The notes below the pieces were generated by a model. The model was not told the origin of the DNA, ran no database searches, and saw only the letters and a list, made by a program, of their open reading frames with translations. Source: Eledone cirrhosa (Eukaryota). Taken from it: a stretch of DNA of 64,000 nt. The stretch spans positions 196,974,001-197,038,000 of the forward strand of contig OZ024740.1 in the NCBI GenBank assembly GCA_964016885.1, given 5' to 3'. Shown here one piece after another: positions 1 to 12,769 of this stretch. The translations under genes were made by a program, and so were the position numbers. How positions within the stretch are numbered: the stretch's first letter is position 1; each line of letters opens with the position of its first letter.

Positions 1-300
1 ATATGTATATATATATGTATAGGTATATATATATGTATATGTATAGGTATATATATATGTATATGTATATGTATATATATATGTATATGTATATATATAT
101 GTATATGTATATGTATATATATATGTATATGTATATGTATATATATACATACAGGCACACATATATATATGCACGTATCAGTTTACCGAACATTTATTAT
201 AATGTTCGCTTTGTTCGTTTGTAAACAAACGAACAGCCTCATTTACGCTGTACAGTGTTCAGGCAACCACGTCACCTTTTTGTTCAACACTGACACAGGA

Positions 301-343
301 ACGATGTACTAGTTTCAAGCTTGTTAGCTATCGTAAGCACCGT
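301..343 (-). ncRNA. Hammerhead ribozyme family B, core-mutant copy (CUUACGA)
   Basis: Same fold as 745-787 but the CUGANGA box reads CUUACGA; probably inactive. Confidence 0.65.
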
Positions 344-744
344 ATACCTTTCCGCCAGATGGTTGAACGTTCGAAAGTATATACTTTCCTTATGAAAATT
401 AACGGCTGAGCAGCCTAATTTGCATATCGAGTGAGTTCAGTCGGCCAGGCGCACCGAAAACGATAAATGGTATAGAATGAAAGGAAATTTCATTTCTCAC
501 TCTTAGTACGGCACTTACTTAAATGTAAGTATGTATGTATACGTACATACATACATGTATACAGACGTACAGTAGCATGTATATATATATACATACAAGC
601 ACACATATATATATGCACGTATCAGTTTACCGAAAATTTATTATAATGTTCGCTTTGTTCGTTTGTAAACAAACGAACAGCCTCATTTACGCTGTACAGT
701 GTTCAGGCAAGCACGTCACCTTTTTGTTCAACACTGACACAGGA

Positions 745-787
745 ACGATGTACTAGTTTCAAGCTTGTTAGCTATCGTCAGCACCGT
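745..787 (-). ncRNA. Type I minimal hammerhead ribozyme, family B
   Basis: Minus strand: ACGGUG-CUGACGA-U-AGCU-AACA-AGCU-U-GAAA-CUAG-UA-CAUCGU; stem I pairs, palindromic stem III, GUA cleavage triplet. Confidence 0.85.
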
Positions 788-1115
788 ATACCTTTCTGCC
801 AGATGGTTGAACGTTCGAAAGTATATACTTTCCTTATGAAAATTAACGGCTGAGCAGCTAATTTGCATATCGAGTGTGTTCAGTCGGCCAGGCGCACCGA
901 AAGCATTTTGAAGACCGTAAGCTATTGTTTTTTAAAGTAGTGACAAATTCACTTACTTTGATCTCAGCAAACGGTCTTCAAAATGCTTTTAATTAAGCAT
1001 AAAGTGTATTGCAAAATACATTATATATACATCCATATATATATATGTATATATCTATATATGTATATGTATATATATATATGTATATATATATGTTTAT
1101 GTATATATATATATG

Positions 1116-1147
<32 letters not shown>

Positions 1148-1282
1148 TTGGAATAAATGCTCTGAAATAGCGATATATATGTGAATATAGACATAGAATA
1201 TTCGAAATATTCTGTATGTTTATAATAAACATTTTGAAGACCTAATCGCTATAGAATAGAATACGTCACGTATTACAATTAG

Positions 1283-1371
1283 ATTCTCGATAAAAGCAAG
1301 GGAAGTAATCTACGCGTTTCATTCTTGTTAGAAATCTTCAGGACTACATATCCAGTGCTTTTATCGAGAAT
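1283..1371 (-). ncRNA. Hammerhead ribozyme family A (inverted copy)
   Basis: Reverse complement of 1561-1649. Confidence 0.85.
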
Positions 1372-1560
1372 GACACAGCTAGAGACTTATAGAATATTAT
1401 AAACATACAGAATATTTTCGAATATTCTATGTCTATATTCACATATATATCGCTATTTCAGAGCATTTATTCCAATTTCTAATTTCTGCCGGACCGGCAA
1501 CCGCTCTTTCAAACCAGTTCCTGTACACAGCTAAGTATTCTATAAGTCTCTAGCTGTGTC

Positions 1561-1649
1561 ATTCTCGATAAAAGCACTGGATATGTAGTCCTGAAGATTT
1601 CTAACAAGAATGAAACGCGTAGATTACTTCCCTTGCTTTTATCGAGAAT
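1561..1649 (+). ncRNA. Type I hammerhead ribozyme family A, copy 1
   Basis: GUAGUC-CUGAAGA-U-UUCU-AACA-AGAA-U-GAAA-CGCG-UA-GAUUAC (1585-1627); stem I extended by a perfect 16-bp helix 1561-1576/1634-1649; predicted cleavage after 1621. Confidence 0.9.
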
Positions 1650-1870
1650 CTAATTGTAATACGTGACGTATTCTATTCTATAGCGATTAGGTCTTCAAAA
1701 TGTTTATTATAAACATACAGAATATTTTCGAATATTCTATGTCTATATTCACATATATATCGCTATTTCAGAGCATTTATTCCAATTTCTAATTTCTGCC
1801 GGACCGGCAACCGCTCTTTCAAACCAGTTCCTGTACACAGCTAAGTATTCTATAAGTCTCTAGCTGTGTC

Positions 1871-1959
1871 ATTCTCGATAAAAGCACTGGATATGTAGTC
1901 CTGAAGATTTCTAACAAGAATGAAACGCGTAGATTACTTCCCTTGCTTTTATCGAGAAT
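1871..1959 (+). ncRNA. Type I hammerhead ribozyme family A, copy 2
   Basis: Same as 1561-1649, offset 310. Confidence 0.9.
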
Positions 1960-2180
1960 CTAATTGTAATACGTGACGTATTCTATTCTATAGCGATTAG
2001 GTCTTCAAAATGTTTATTATAAACATACAGAATATTTTCGAATATTCTATGTCTATATTCACATATATATCGCTATTTCAGAGCATTTATTCCAATTTCT
2101 AATTTCTGCCGGACCGGCAACCGCTCTTTCAAACCAGTTCCTGTACACAGCTAAGTATTCTATAAGTCTCTAGCTGTGTC

Positions 2181-2269
2181 ATTCTCGATAAAAGCACTGG
2201 ATATGTAGTCCTGAAGATTTCTAACAAGAATGAAACGCGTAGATTACTTCCCTTGCTTTTATCGAGAAT
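2181..2269 (+). ncRNA. Type I hammerhead ribozyme family A, copy 3
   Basis: Same as 1561-1649, offset 620. Confidence 0.9.
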
Positions 2270-2490
2270 CTAATTGTAATACGTGACGTATTCTATTCTA
2301 TAGCGATTAGGTCTTCAAAATGTTTATTATAAACATACAGAATATTTTCGAATATTCTATGTCTATATTCACATATATATCGCTATTTCAGAGCATTTAT
2401 TCCAATTTCTAATTTCTGCCGGACCGGCAACCGCTCTTTCAAACCAGTTCCTGTACACAGCTAAGTATTCTATAAGTCTCTAGCTGTGTC

Positions 2491-2579
2491 ATTCTCGATA
2501 AAAGCACTGGATATGTAGTCCTGAAGATTTCTAACAAGAATGAAACGCGTAGATTACTTCCCTTGCTTTTATCGAGAAT
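2491..2579 (+). ncRNA. Type I hammerhead ribozyme family A, copy 4
   Basis: Same as 1561-1649, offset 930. Confidence 0.9.
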
Positions 2580-2682
2580 CTAATTGTAATACGTGACGTA
2601 TTCTATTCTATAGCGATTAGGTCTTCAAAATGTTTATTATAAACATACAGAATATTTTCGAATATTCTATGTCTATATTCAC

Positions 2683-2752
<70 letters not shown>

Positions 2753-2754
<2 letters not shown>

Positions 2755-2912
2755 CGAAGGAAATGTGGTAAGGAACATGGTGGACCATAACGCACCAAAG
2801 TACTCAATACATAGGGTAGTAGAGTGGGTAATAGGAACAAGTTTCGACGGCTAATTCTGTACAGAATTAGCCGTCGAAACGGCTGAGCTCAGCCGTCGGG
2901 GTCTTACTTGTT

Positions 2913-2917
<5 letters not shown>
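2753..2917. repeat. Palindromic short element (family E) between (TA)n tracts
   Basis: 40-bp perfect palindrome 2841-2880, 18-bp palindrome 2879-2896; homologous to 9041-9337. Confidence 0.65.
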
Positions 2918-2964
<47 letters not shown>

Positions 2965-3083
2965 CATTTATTGTACACGGAGAGGTTTGTAGCTTATAGC
3001 TAGTTATAGTGAATACAAAACTGGACAGAGCTAAACTGGCTATTTTACTATTATTTTGACAGCAGTTTACTATATTTTGGGAG

Positions 3084-3340
3084 GAAGGCGACGGATTGGC
3101 AGAGTCGTTAGAACGTTGGATAGAATTATTTGCGGACTCTGCGCTTTGAGGCCAACCTTACTTTCCATCGTTTCGAGGCCGATAAATAAATAGCAGTCCA
3201 GTTTGTCTTTCTCTCTCTCTCTCACAGAAGAAGGAAAAATCGGCTGTTCAGAACTGGAAAGGGATGGCCTCCGCCAGGTTTAAAATGTCCAAGAAACGCC
3301 ATATGTCATTACGGCACCTCTACGACTTCATCAAGGGTTA
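3084..3340 (+). mobile_element. tRNA-derived SINE with Meta-like central domain
   Basis: ggcagagtcgttaga head; ctttccatcgtttcgaggccgataaa domain; tail shared with 3775-4070. Confidence 0.6.
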
Positions 3341-3774
3341 TGTATCTCTTGCATGGCATTTCTTATGAGGTGGAAGTATTATCTCGGGCTAACAAGTGTA
3401 ATGTTGATTCATTTGGCAAAGTTCCGATTTTCTTGATTCTTGTTGGCCGGTCAAATATAAGACTTCTTCTGTGTTCAACATTGCTACTGTCTAGTTGCTT
3501 TTACCCAATATTTATTCACAGTCTATCCATAACATATGTGAGTGAGATAGAGTATTAGAAATACAGCTAAAATTCTTTGTCCAGTCCATCCTATTTGGAT
3601 AGTTTCAATAAGTGCACCAGATTTTTGGAATTTAATGTTGGCAGCGTACCTATATTCTACATTAACTCGTTCACCTAACTATAGAAATAAAAATATTAGA
3701 TATAACAATGTTGCTTGTGATAGTCTAGTTTCCTCTCTATGGGTGGGAATGGGCTAATTATTAGTTAACTTACT

Positions 3775-4070
3775 AGGTGCCGATAGGTTGCAGATTCGAT
3801 GACTGTTTTGCATTATTCGTTCTAGCTCTCTGCATTCAGGATTCAAAACCCGCCGAGGTCAATTTGGCTTTTCATCCTTTCGAGGTCGATAAAAAAAGTA
3901 CCAGTCTAGTACTGGGGTCGTCTCTTACTATCCTCCCCTTTCTCTCTCTGGAAAAAAAAACTGCTGGGTTCAGACCTGGAGCGGTTGATGGGCTCCGCCG
4001 GGTTTAAAATGCCCAAGACACGATGTATGTCACTCCGACGGCCCTACGAATGCACCAGGAGTTACAGCTT
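3775..4070 (+). mobile_element. tRNA-derived SINE with Meta-like central domain
   Basis: ttcaaaacccgccgaggtcaatttggcttttcatcctttcgaggtcgataaaa; same tail as 3084-3340. Confidence 0.6.
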
Positions 4071-5670
4071 CATACATGCATACGATTAGATACCAACCCT
4101 CTCTGCTTCTGGGGTTCGTGAAAAGGTCAACTAATAAGACATAGTCAGATATATACATACGGGCGGTCATTATACACTCACAGATATGTATATGTGTTTA
4201 TGTGTATGTATGGAAGTGATCTTCAGTTGTGTCAAGGACGCGACAAGCACCCTAGTGATGGTGACACAATAAAATGCATCCGGTACACTGTATAACGTGG
4301 CTAGTGTTAGGAAGGGCATCCAGTAGTAGAGTCCACGCCAAACAAAAAGCAGAGAGAACTCTTAGTTGTGTCAAGAACATGACAACCTCCCTAGTGTTGG
4401 TGCCACGATAAAATGCATCCAGTACACTGTAAAATGGTTGATTATAGGAATTGCATAACCGGGAACGCATGTAAGCGAGATGTATATATGTAAGACTAGG
4501 ACAGTAGCCCCGATTAAGTACTGACGTGATCTGTGACGATTCCTCCAGCTTTTTGGAGGATTTTTCCCTCTCGCATTACACACCAGTTCAACCTATAAGA
4601 AAACGGAGATTAAATGATATATATAACATCTCTTGGACTACTGCTATCTCGGAGATTTACCAAGATATCTTACTTCACCAACCTCTTACAGAATCACCTC
4701 TATACACTCCTTATATTTTCGTTCTTCTACACTGCGCGTACACACACACACGAACACCATACTGAGTGACACCTCCCATTCACATATATAAACTACACAG
4801 AATATACACACACACACACACGTAGACATATACACATACTGTGATACTCATATATAAACTGCACTCACACAATTCACAGAATATACACATACATACAGGG
4901 ACACACGCACGTAGACATACACACATTCTCACAAGATACTCACAACCCCGATAATCATCAATTCACTCATACCCGTACGTGCTACGACTGATACACACAA
5001 ACTGACGCGCACACACTTTAATGCACGCTCACATTCTTAACACAACCTATGCCATACATACGCATCTGGCGCACGCACATATACACACTCACAGTTAGAT
5101 CGATACATGCACATCATGAATAGATAGGCGCACTCATACGATGCACTTCAAACACAGACACACACACACCAGCAACCACTGACAGACCCAGACTCTCTGT
5201 CACCACCACTGCAATCACACTCCTACAGCCCTGTCAACTTCAATCCTTCTGATGACACTATCTGGCCTTTTTTTCTTAACATTTGCTCTCTCTCTCTCCC
5301 AACTTATCTCCTACTCTTGTTTCTTTCCTGGTGAATGACTAATGTCCGAAACGTTGAATTCACTTCTTTTTCCGTTCCATACAAAAGTGAACCAAACAAT
5401 ATATGCATATTGAATATAAGAAAAATCAATGCTAATTTGCAGAGTGCTATATGTTATTTATTAATAACTGGATATTCCGTTCCAAATTGCAAGTGCTAGG
5501 TTCGCTATTATGTGACTTTTAGGCATCGCGAGGCATGATTAATTCTTTTAATAACCTGCCACACACACAACCTCTGTTCTCAAATATCAACATATGCACA
5601 TAGAAAATAGATCTTCTTTCCCATTGTCCGGAGAGCAAAATTGTGGCAAAAATGAGTGTAAAGTGAAACG

Positions 5671-5752
<82 letters not shown>

Positions 5753-5902
5753 ATTTAAAACTGCACTATTCACAAGTGTTTTTTAACCTTCATATCATGT
5801 CTCCCGATTTTATCTGACGAAAACGGAAATGTCAACGCATGATGATATTTGTTTTTGAAATGCGCATAATAAAATACATGGAACTCTTTTAACCATCTTT
5901 TG

Positions 5903-5950
<48 letters not shown>

Positions 5951-6000
5951 CCAAAGAGGGCTCGATAAGGATAAATATATATCAAATATATATATATATT

Positions 6001-6270
6001 GGGAGGGTTATGCTGCTAATAAAAACACACGCACCTGTTGGATTTCACTTCAATTTATTATAAACTTCCAGTCAGTTAGTTTAATAACCGGGTGGTTGTT
6101 GATTGTCAAAGCTCTTTCTCGCATTCTGCGAGACCCTCAGTGACTACCTTTGACAATCAACAACTAAACAACCATCCGGTTATCAAACTAACCGACTGGG
6201 AGTTTATAATAAATTAAAGTGAAATCCAACAGGTGCGTGCGTTTTTATTGATAGCATGATTCTTCCAAAG
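6001..6270 (-). mobile_element. Inverted-repeat element family F with degenerate HHR at the centre (6105-6144)
   Basis: Arms ~6001-6110 and ~6149-6266; minus strand GUCA-CUGAGGG-UC-UCGCA-GAA-UGCGA-GAAA-GAGC-UU-UGAC; related to 11477-11856 and 34940-35270. Confidence 0.65.
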
Positions 6271-6277
6271 TATAACT

Positions 6278-6318
<41 letters not shown>

Positions 6319-8102
6319 ATAGTAGACATCTCAATGAAAAGATAAAAGATCAACCCAGAGAAGTAATTAACCATATTAAACTAAAGTTAAAGTCTCGATT
6401 AGGGAGATATAAACTAGACCAACAAAAATAAGATTGTGGCTTAATTTTAATGCTTAATTGCTTCTCTAAGTTGATATTTTATCTTTTTATTAAGAATATA
6501 TAATATGTATCGGCACACATATGCACATACTCATGAAAATTCAATGAGGGGAAAATCTAATGACATATCCATGTACAAATTATTCCTATTTCTTAGAGAC
6601 CAGGGTCTGTACTCCTTCATTTTAATTCCTATAAACGATCAATTTCATATGATATGTGGGCGGTTGAACATACAGTATACATTCTATCTCAATGAATGAC
6701 ATGTTTGGTGTATTCACACACACATAATCTATACGTTTTGTGGGAACATATATATCGAAGCAGGTGCCTAAGAAATGTTCTGTACCTATATAGATTAGAG
6801 AAGAAGGAAAAAAGTGATCAATGTCAAGTTAGTATGTTTTTTTGTTTAGCAGGCAAAAATAAAACAAAAAAAATTATCACCAACTCAACAATCCTATTTT
6901 GCTCCTTCGGAAATTCCCCGAAGGACTAAGCCCGTTGTAAAGCACATATTTATAGAGGAAAGCAGATCTTGGGGATTGATTGGTAGTTAACAGCTAAAAT
7001 GATATATGGAGTGAAAGGAAGGTTGAAGTCCTGTTGTTATAGTTTCACAATTAGTACTGCTGTCTTCACTACTAGCCTGTTTGTCACTCTTTTACCGGAG
7101 TAAATATATAAAAAAAAATAAACGCCAGCGTGTCTTGGTTAATGTTGATGAGTTCACATAGAAATATTACCATGTCCTCTGCACACTTGTTTCTAGAGTG
7201 GCGTCAAGTACAACATAAAAGTGTACCAGTCTGCTGGAGCTTACCATACATTGCAACCATGGAAAGCTAGCGACCGACCGTATCGACTGATCTCTATATA
7301 TTTGTTGCTTGTTGTATTCTGTTTACGAGAACGAAAAGTCTTTGTTTTCTTCACATTTTGGCTATAGGATTACATATGGTGTTTAATACAGCGAACTCTG
7401 TTGTCAGGTGTGGATATATTCTTTATTATTATTATTATTGTTTGTTTTGCATTCGTAAAATGTCTTCATATTATAAATGTGCGTAAACTATAAATACACG
7501 TATATTAGGCATTAATTATATAAAATATTTATAATCACAAATAACAATACCTTTATAAATATAATATATTCATTCATAATACTTAAATATATTTTATAAA
7601 TTCATTTACTTAGAATACTTTTTTCCTTAAATCTATTTTGTTGGATTGTATATAGCAGACGAATGCAATTTTAATTACGCAATACATTTGTTTACATACA
7701 CACAAACTCACTCACACCTTCAGAATTCAGGAAGCGGAAAATACGAAATCATTTTCATTAATTTTCAACGTTTAAAATTTATATGTTTATAGATGTTACA
7801 TACATATGTGAGTTATATTCATATTCTTCACAAAAACATTCTACCAAAATACTGTAGTGCGAAGCGAAAGAGTGGCTTGTTTGTTGCTATAAAGATTGAG
7901 ATTTCACATGCGTATTCATATGGAGATGTTTATTAGTTCTTTAGTTCGTTTTATTGATCATGGCTAAGGGCATTCCTGGAGGACAGTCATCAACGGGTAT
8001 AACGTGTAAATATATGTGTGTATACACATAGATATATGTCTACATTTCTATATTTGTATGTACATGAATAATATGTGGGTATACACACACACACACACAC
8101 GC

Positions 8103-9040
8103 ATATATATATATATATATATTATAAAAATAAACACACACACATATATATATAGTATATATATATATTATATATATATAATATATATATATTATATATA
8201 TATAATATATATATATAATATATATATAATATATATATTATATATAATATATATATATTATATATAATATATATATATTATATATAATATATATATATAT
8301 TATATATAAAATATATATATATATTATATATAAAAATATATATTATATATAAAATATATATATATATATTATATATAAAATATATATATATATATTATAT
8401 ATAATATATATATATATATTATATATATATATTGTATATAATATATATATTATATATATAATATATATATTATATATTATATATATATATTGTATATAAT
8501 ATATATATTATATATATAATATATATATTATATATATAATATATATATATATATTATATATAATATATATATATATATTATATATATATATTGTATATAA
8601 TATATATATTATATATATAATATATATATTATATATTATATATATATATTGTATATAATATATATATTATATATATAATATATATATTATATATTATATA
8701 TATATATTGTATATAATATATATATTATATATATAATATATATATTATATATATAATATATATATTATATATATAATATATATATAATATATATATTATA
8801 TATATAATATATATATTATATATATAATATATATATAATATATATATTATATATATATTATATATATTATATATATAATATATATAATATATATATTATA
8901 TATATATTATATATATAATATATATATTATATATATAATATATATATAATATATATATTATATATATAATATATATATTATATATATACGTATATATATT
9001 ATATATATATTATATATGTATTATATATATATATATATAA
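8103..9040. repeat. (TA)n microsatellite with TAAT/ATTA/TTGT interruptions
   Basis: Direct inspection. Confidence 0.95.
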
Positions 9041-9121
9041 AGGCTGGAGCGCAGCCGTCAGGGTCTTGAATCTTTTCATAATACCCACTCTACATGGGTT
9101 ACATTTATACATGTTATACAC

Positions 9122-9155
<34 letters not shown>

Positions 9156-9337
9156 TACATGTATAAATGTAACCCACCAGATACTGCGGACCATAACACA
9201 CTCGATACTTCGGGTAGTAGAGTGGGTATTATGAAAGGATTCAAGACCCTGATGGCTGCGCTCCCGCCTTTTCGACAGTTAGATCTGAACTCGTCGAAAC
9301 GGCCGGAACTCAGCCGTCAGGGTCCTGAATCTTTCGA
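9041..9337. repeat. Double fold-back element, family E
   Basis: 9041-9108 is inverted relative to 9164-9270, and 9272-9335 folds back again; shares gtagagtgggta and tcgaaacggc..cagccgtc with 2753-2917. Confidence 0.65.
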
Positions 9338-9504
9338 TATATATATATGTATAAAGAAATACACAGATACATGCAGACACATACATATACATGAATATAT
9401 CCACATATAACCCTGAATTTGTGGTGCCAACATCAACCGTTGTTGCTCTATGAATAACTGGGACAAGATAATCCGAATGGATGAGATTGATTCAGTATCA
9501 GAGC

Positions 9505-9638
9505 TATATAATACATTATAAAGAAAGAAGAAATATTAGATATAATTAATAAGATATACCATACCCAAAGGAATTTGGGTATGGTATATCTTATTAATTA
9601 TATCTAATGTCTCTTCTTTCTTTATAATGTATCATATA
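9505..9638. repeat. Long near-perfect hairpin (65-bp arms, 4-nt loop)
   Basis: 9505-9569 is the reverse complement of 9574-9638 with few mismatches. Confidence 0.85.
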
Positions 9639-9648
9639 TATATATATA

Positions 9649-9972
9649 TGGCTTAGTGGTTAGAGCATTGGCCTTGCAATCGAAAGGTTGTGAGTTCAAT
9701 TCTCAGACCGGGTGATGTGTTGTTTCCTTGAGCAAGACACTTTATTTTACATTTCTCCCCTTTACTCAGCTGTAGAAATGAGATGATAGAGACTGGGGTC
9801 CTATCATTCCACTGCAAAGTGGTCGTGGAGGTGCCACGGCAAAAAAGCACCATATAAATGAGGTTGGTGTTAGGAAGGGCATCCAGCTGTAGAAATCGAG
9901 CCAGAATCAGTTCCCGTCCCACCCTTGCAAGCAGGGAAAAAGCGGATGTAAAATGAAATGAATGAAATGATG
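9649..9972 (+). mobile_element. tRNA-derived SINE, CORE-like domain, RTE-derived tail
   Basis: A-box ggcttagtggttagagc, B-box gagttcaattc, ccttgagcaagacact, tail ggtgttaggaagggcatccagc...(gat)n shared with RTE 3' end. Confidence 0.8.
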
Positions 9973-10350
9973 ATATACATATATGTGATCATCATCATCA
10001 TCACCATTCAGTGTCCATTTTTCCATTTTCCCATGCCAGAGTTGGCTGCACCATACCTTGCTCCGATGAGGACAGTAAATTTGGCCAGGTATTTCACAGC
10101 TAGATGCCCTTCTTAACACCAACCACATTTAATATATATAAATATAAATATATATATAAAAATATATATATAAAGATATATATAAGTACATGTATATATA
10201 AGTATATATATATATATTATATATATATATGAATATCTATTATGTATATAGATATATTAAATATATATATGAATATCTATTATGTATATATATTCATATA
10301 TATATATATATGAATATATGAATAAATATGTATATATTTATATATATATA

Positions 10351-10396
<46 letters not shown>

Positions 10397-10399
<3 letters not shown>

Positions 10400-11066
10400 G
10401 AACTGAGGAAAAAATTAGAAATAAGAGGGATTAGATGTTGTTTACTCGAGAGAAGGCTACGTTGGTATGGTCACGTGATGCGCATGAAAGAGGACAGCTG
10501 TATAACAAAGTGCAGGGCAATAAAGATAGACGGTAGCCACGGAGTAGGCAGACCCAGAAAAACCTGGGACGACCTGATAAATTCCGACCTCACACACTTT
10601 CACCTCTCCAAGACAATGTCACTGGACCGAGATCTTTGGCGGTACTCAGTAATAGAGAAGACCCGCCTTACCAATACAAAGTAAAACCTACTACAGTCAG
10701 TAGGCATCTCTAACAAAATACACCCCCCGTCCCACCACCCCCCACTCCATCCACACCGCCCCTTTAAATGTAAAGTTATGTTGGTGCCACAACATCGAGG
10801 CCGAAACAAATGAGATCGTGTAGGTGTCACGACAAAAAAACACACAGTCCACGCTGTAATGTGGCCGTGTAGGTAACACGGTAAAAACCTCCCAGCCCCA
10901 CACTGTAAATGTGGTTGGTGTTAGAAAGGGCATCCAGCTGTAGAGAACCCGCCAGACAGTCCTATGCGAGCAAGACAACCACTCTTGCCTCAAGTGGGAA
11001 AACTCCCGTCCAAACCCATGCAAGCGTGGAACATGGACGTTAAACGATGATGATGATGATGATGAT
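10397..11066 (+). mobile_element. RTE-clade LINE 3' fragment
   Basis: [12 protein letters not shown] and GRPRKTW motifs; 3' UTR ends in (GAT)n; homologous to 34200-34872 and 21708-22396. Confidence 0.85.
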
Positions 11067-11076
11067 ATATATATAT

Positions 11077-11405
11077 GGAGGCGCATGGCTTAGTGGTTAG
11101 AGCATTGGCCTTGCAATCGAAAGGTTGTGAGTTCAATTCTCAGACCAGGTGATGTGTTGTTTCCTTGAGCAAGATACTATATTTCCCATTGCTCCAGTAT
11201 ACTCAGCTGTAGAAATGAAATGATAGGGACTGGGGTCCCTATCATTCCACTGCAAAGTGGTCGTGGAGGTGCCACGGTAAAAAAGCACCCAGCACTCACT
11301 GTAAATGAGGTTGGTGTTAGGAAGGGCATCCAGCTGTAGAAATCAAGCCAGAATCAGTTCCTGTCCCACCCTTGCAAGCAGGGAAAAGCGGACGTAAAAT
11401 GATGA

Positions 11406-11409
<4 letters not shown>
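11077..11409 (+). mobile_element. tRNA-derived SINE (same family as 9649-9972)
   Basis: Near-identical head and core; RTE-like (GAT)n tail. Confidence 0.8.
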
Positions 11410-11448
<39 letters not shown>

Positions 11449-11476
11449 TACATATGAATATATATATATATATGAA

Positions 11477-11856
11477 TATTACGTTTCTGAATTTGTTCAG
11501 CAAGATTCTTTATCTGAAAACGTGTGTTGAAACCGATATTGTTATGCTTTGGGAGAGTCATGTTGCCAATAAGAAACACACGCACCAGTTGCTTTCACTC
11601 CCATTTATTGTAATTTAAATTTATAAATTTAAGAATTTATAAATTTCTGGTTGGTTGGTTGGTTCCATAACCGGACGGTTGTTCATATATTGTCAAAGTT
11701 CTTTTGTCACACATTCTGTGACCTCTTCAGTGACTGGGGATTCTTTTCTTTGTTTTTGTGCCTCTCCTTTGTTCTGTCCTTCGCCATCTTGTTTTTGTGT
11801 GTCACAAACAAAAACAAGATGGCACACACACACAAAAACAAGACACAAAAACAAGA
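11477..11856 (-). mobile_element. Family F element with HHR-like motif (11692-11734; GAAA box reads AAAA)
   Basis: GUCA-CUGAAGA-G-GUCACA-GAAUG-UGUGAC-AAAA-GAAC-UU-UGAC; ~300 bp homologous to 34940-35270. Confidence 0.65.
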
Positions 11857-11946
11857 TATATATATATATATATATATATATATCTGTATATATATATATA
11901 TATATCTGTATATATATATATATATATCTGTATATATATATATATA

Positions 11947-11995
<49 letters not shown>

Positions 11996-12038
11996 GTATA
12001 TATATATATATCTGTATATATATATATATCTGTATATA

Positions 12039-12091
<53 letters not shown>

Positions 12092-12304
12092 GTATATATA
12101 CATATATATATCTGTATATATATATATATATATATCTGTATATATATATATATATATCTGTATATATATATATATATATATATATCTGTATATATATATA
12201 TATCTGTATATATATATATATATCTGTATATATATATATATCTGTATATATATATATATATCTGTATATATATATATATCTGTATATATATATATATATA
12301 TCTG

Positions 12305-12356
<52 letters not shown>

Positions 12357-12404
12357 TATAGATAGGTAAATATACACGGGTGTGTATGATTGTGTATAGA
12401 AGAT

Positions 12405-12769
12405 TATATTAATAAGAGGAATTCCAACTTTGTCTGATTTACTCGTTTTATTTACAATCCTTTAAAATATATATAATGGTATTATAATGAACTAGTATGA
12501 TAGAATATTAAATTCTAAGTGTTAATTGAACAAGTACTTTCATGCTTTCGCAATCTTCAGGTTCATGATATGTGGTGACAGTCGAGTTTGCAATTTTCAA
12601 CTGTCACCACATATCATGAACCTGAAGATTGCGAAAGCATGAAAGTACTTGTTCAATTAACACTTAGAATTTAATATTCTATCATACTATTTCATTATAA
12701 TACCATTATATATATTTTAAAGGATTGTAAATAAAACGAGTAAATCAGACAAAGTTGGAATTCCTCTTA

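Larger units (their letters stand above)
140..900 (-). mobile_element. HHR-bearing tandem repeat, family B (retrozyme/Penelope pLTR-like), ~2 units of 444 bp
   Basis: Near-identical direct repeat with 444-bp offset (acgatgtactagtttc at 301 and 745); each unit has a minus-strand hammerhead motif; homologous copies at 24319-25020 and 31089-31707. Confidence 0.8.
1148..2690 (+). mobile_element. Retrozyme-like array, family A: inverted head copy (1148-1396) plus 4 tandem 310-bp units and a partial unit
   Basis: aaacatacag recurs at 1401, 1711, 2021, 2331, 2641; units look identical by eye; one HHR per unit; flanked by (TA)n on both sides. Confidence 0.9.

Noticed and set aside
1395-2690. CRISPR array or ordinary satellite
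   Set aside because: No unique spacers, eukaryotic context, and each unit carries a full hammerhead fold
9649-9715. tRNA gene (also 11077, 35680, 44689, 61835)
   Set aside because: A and B boxes are present but run into SINE core and tail; no clean cloverleaf
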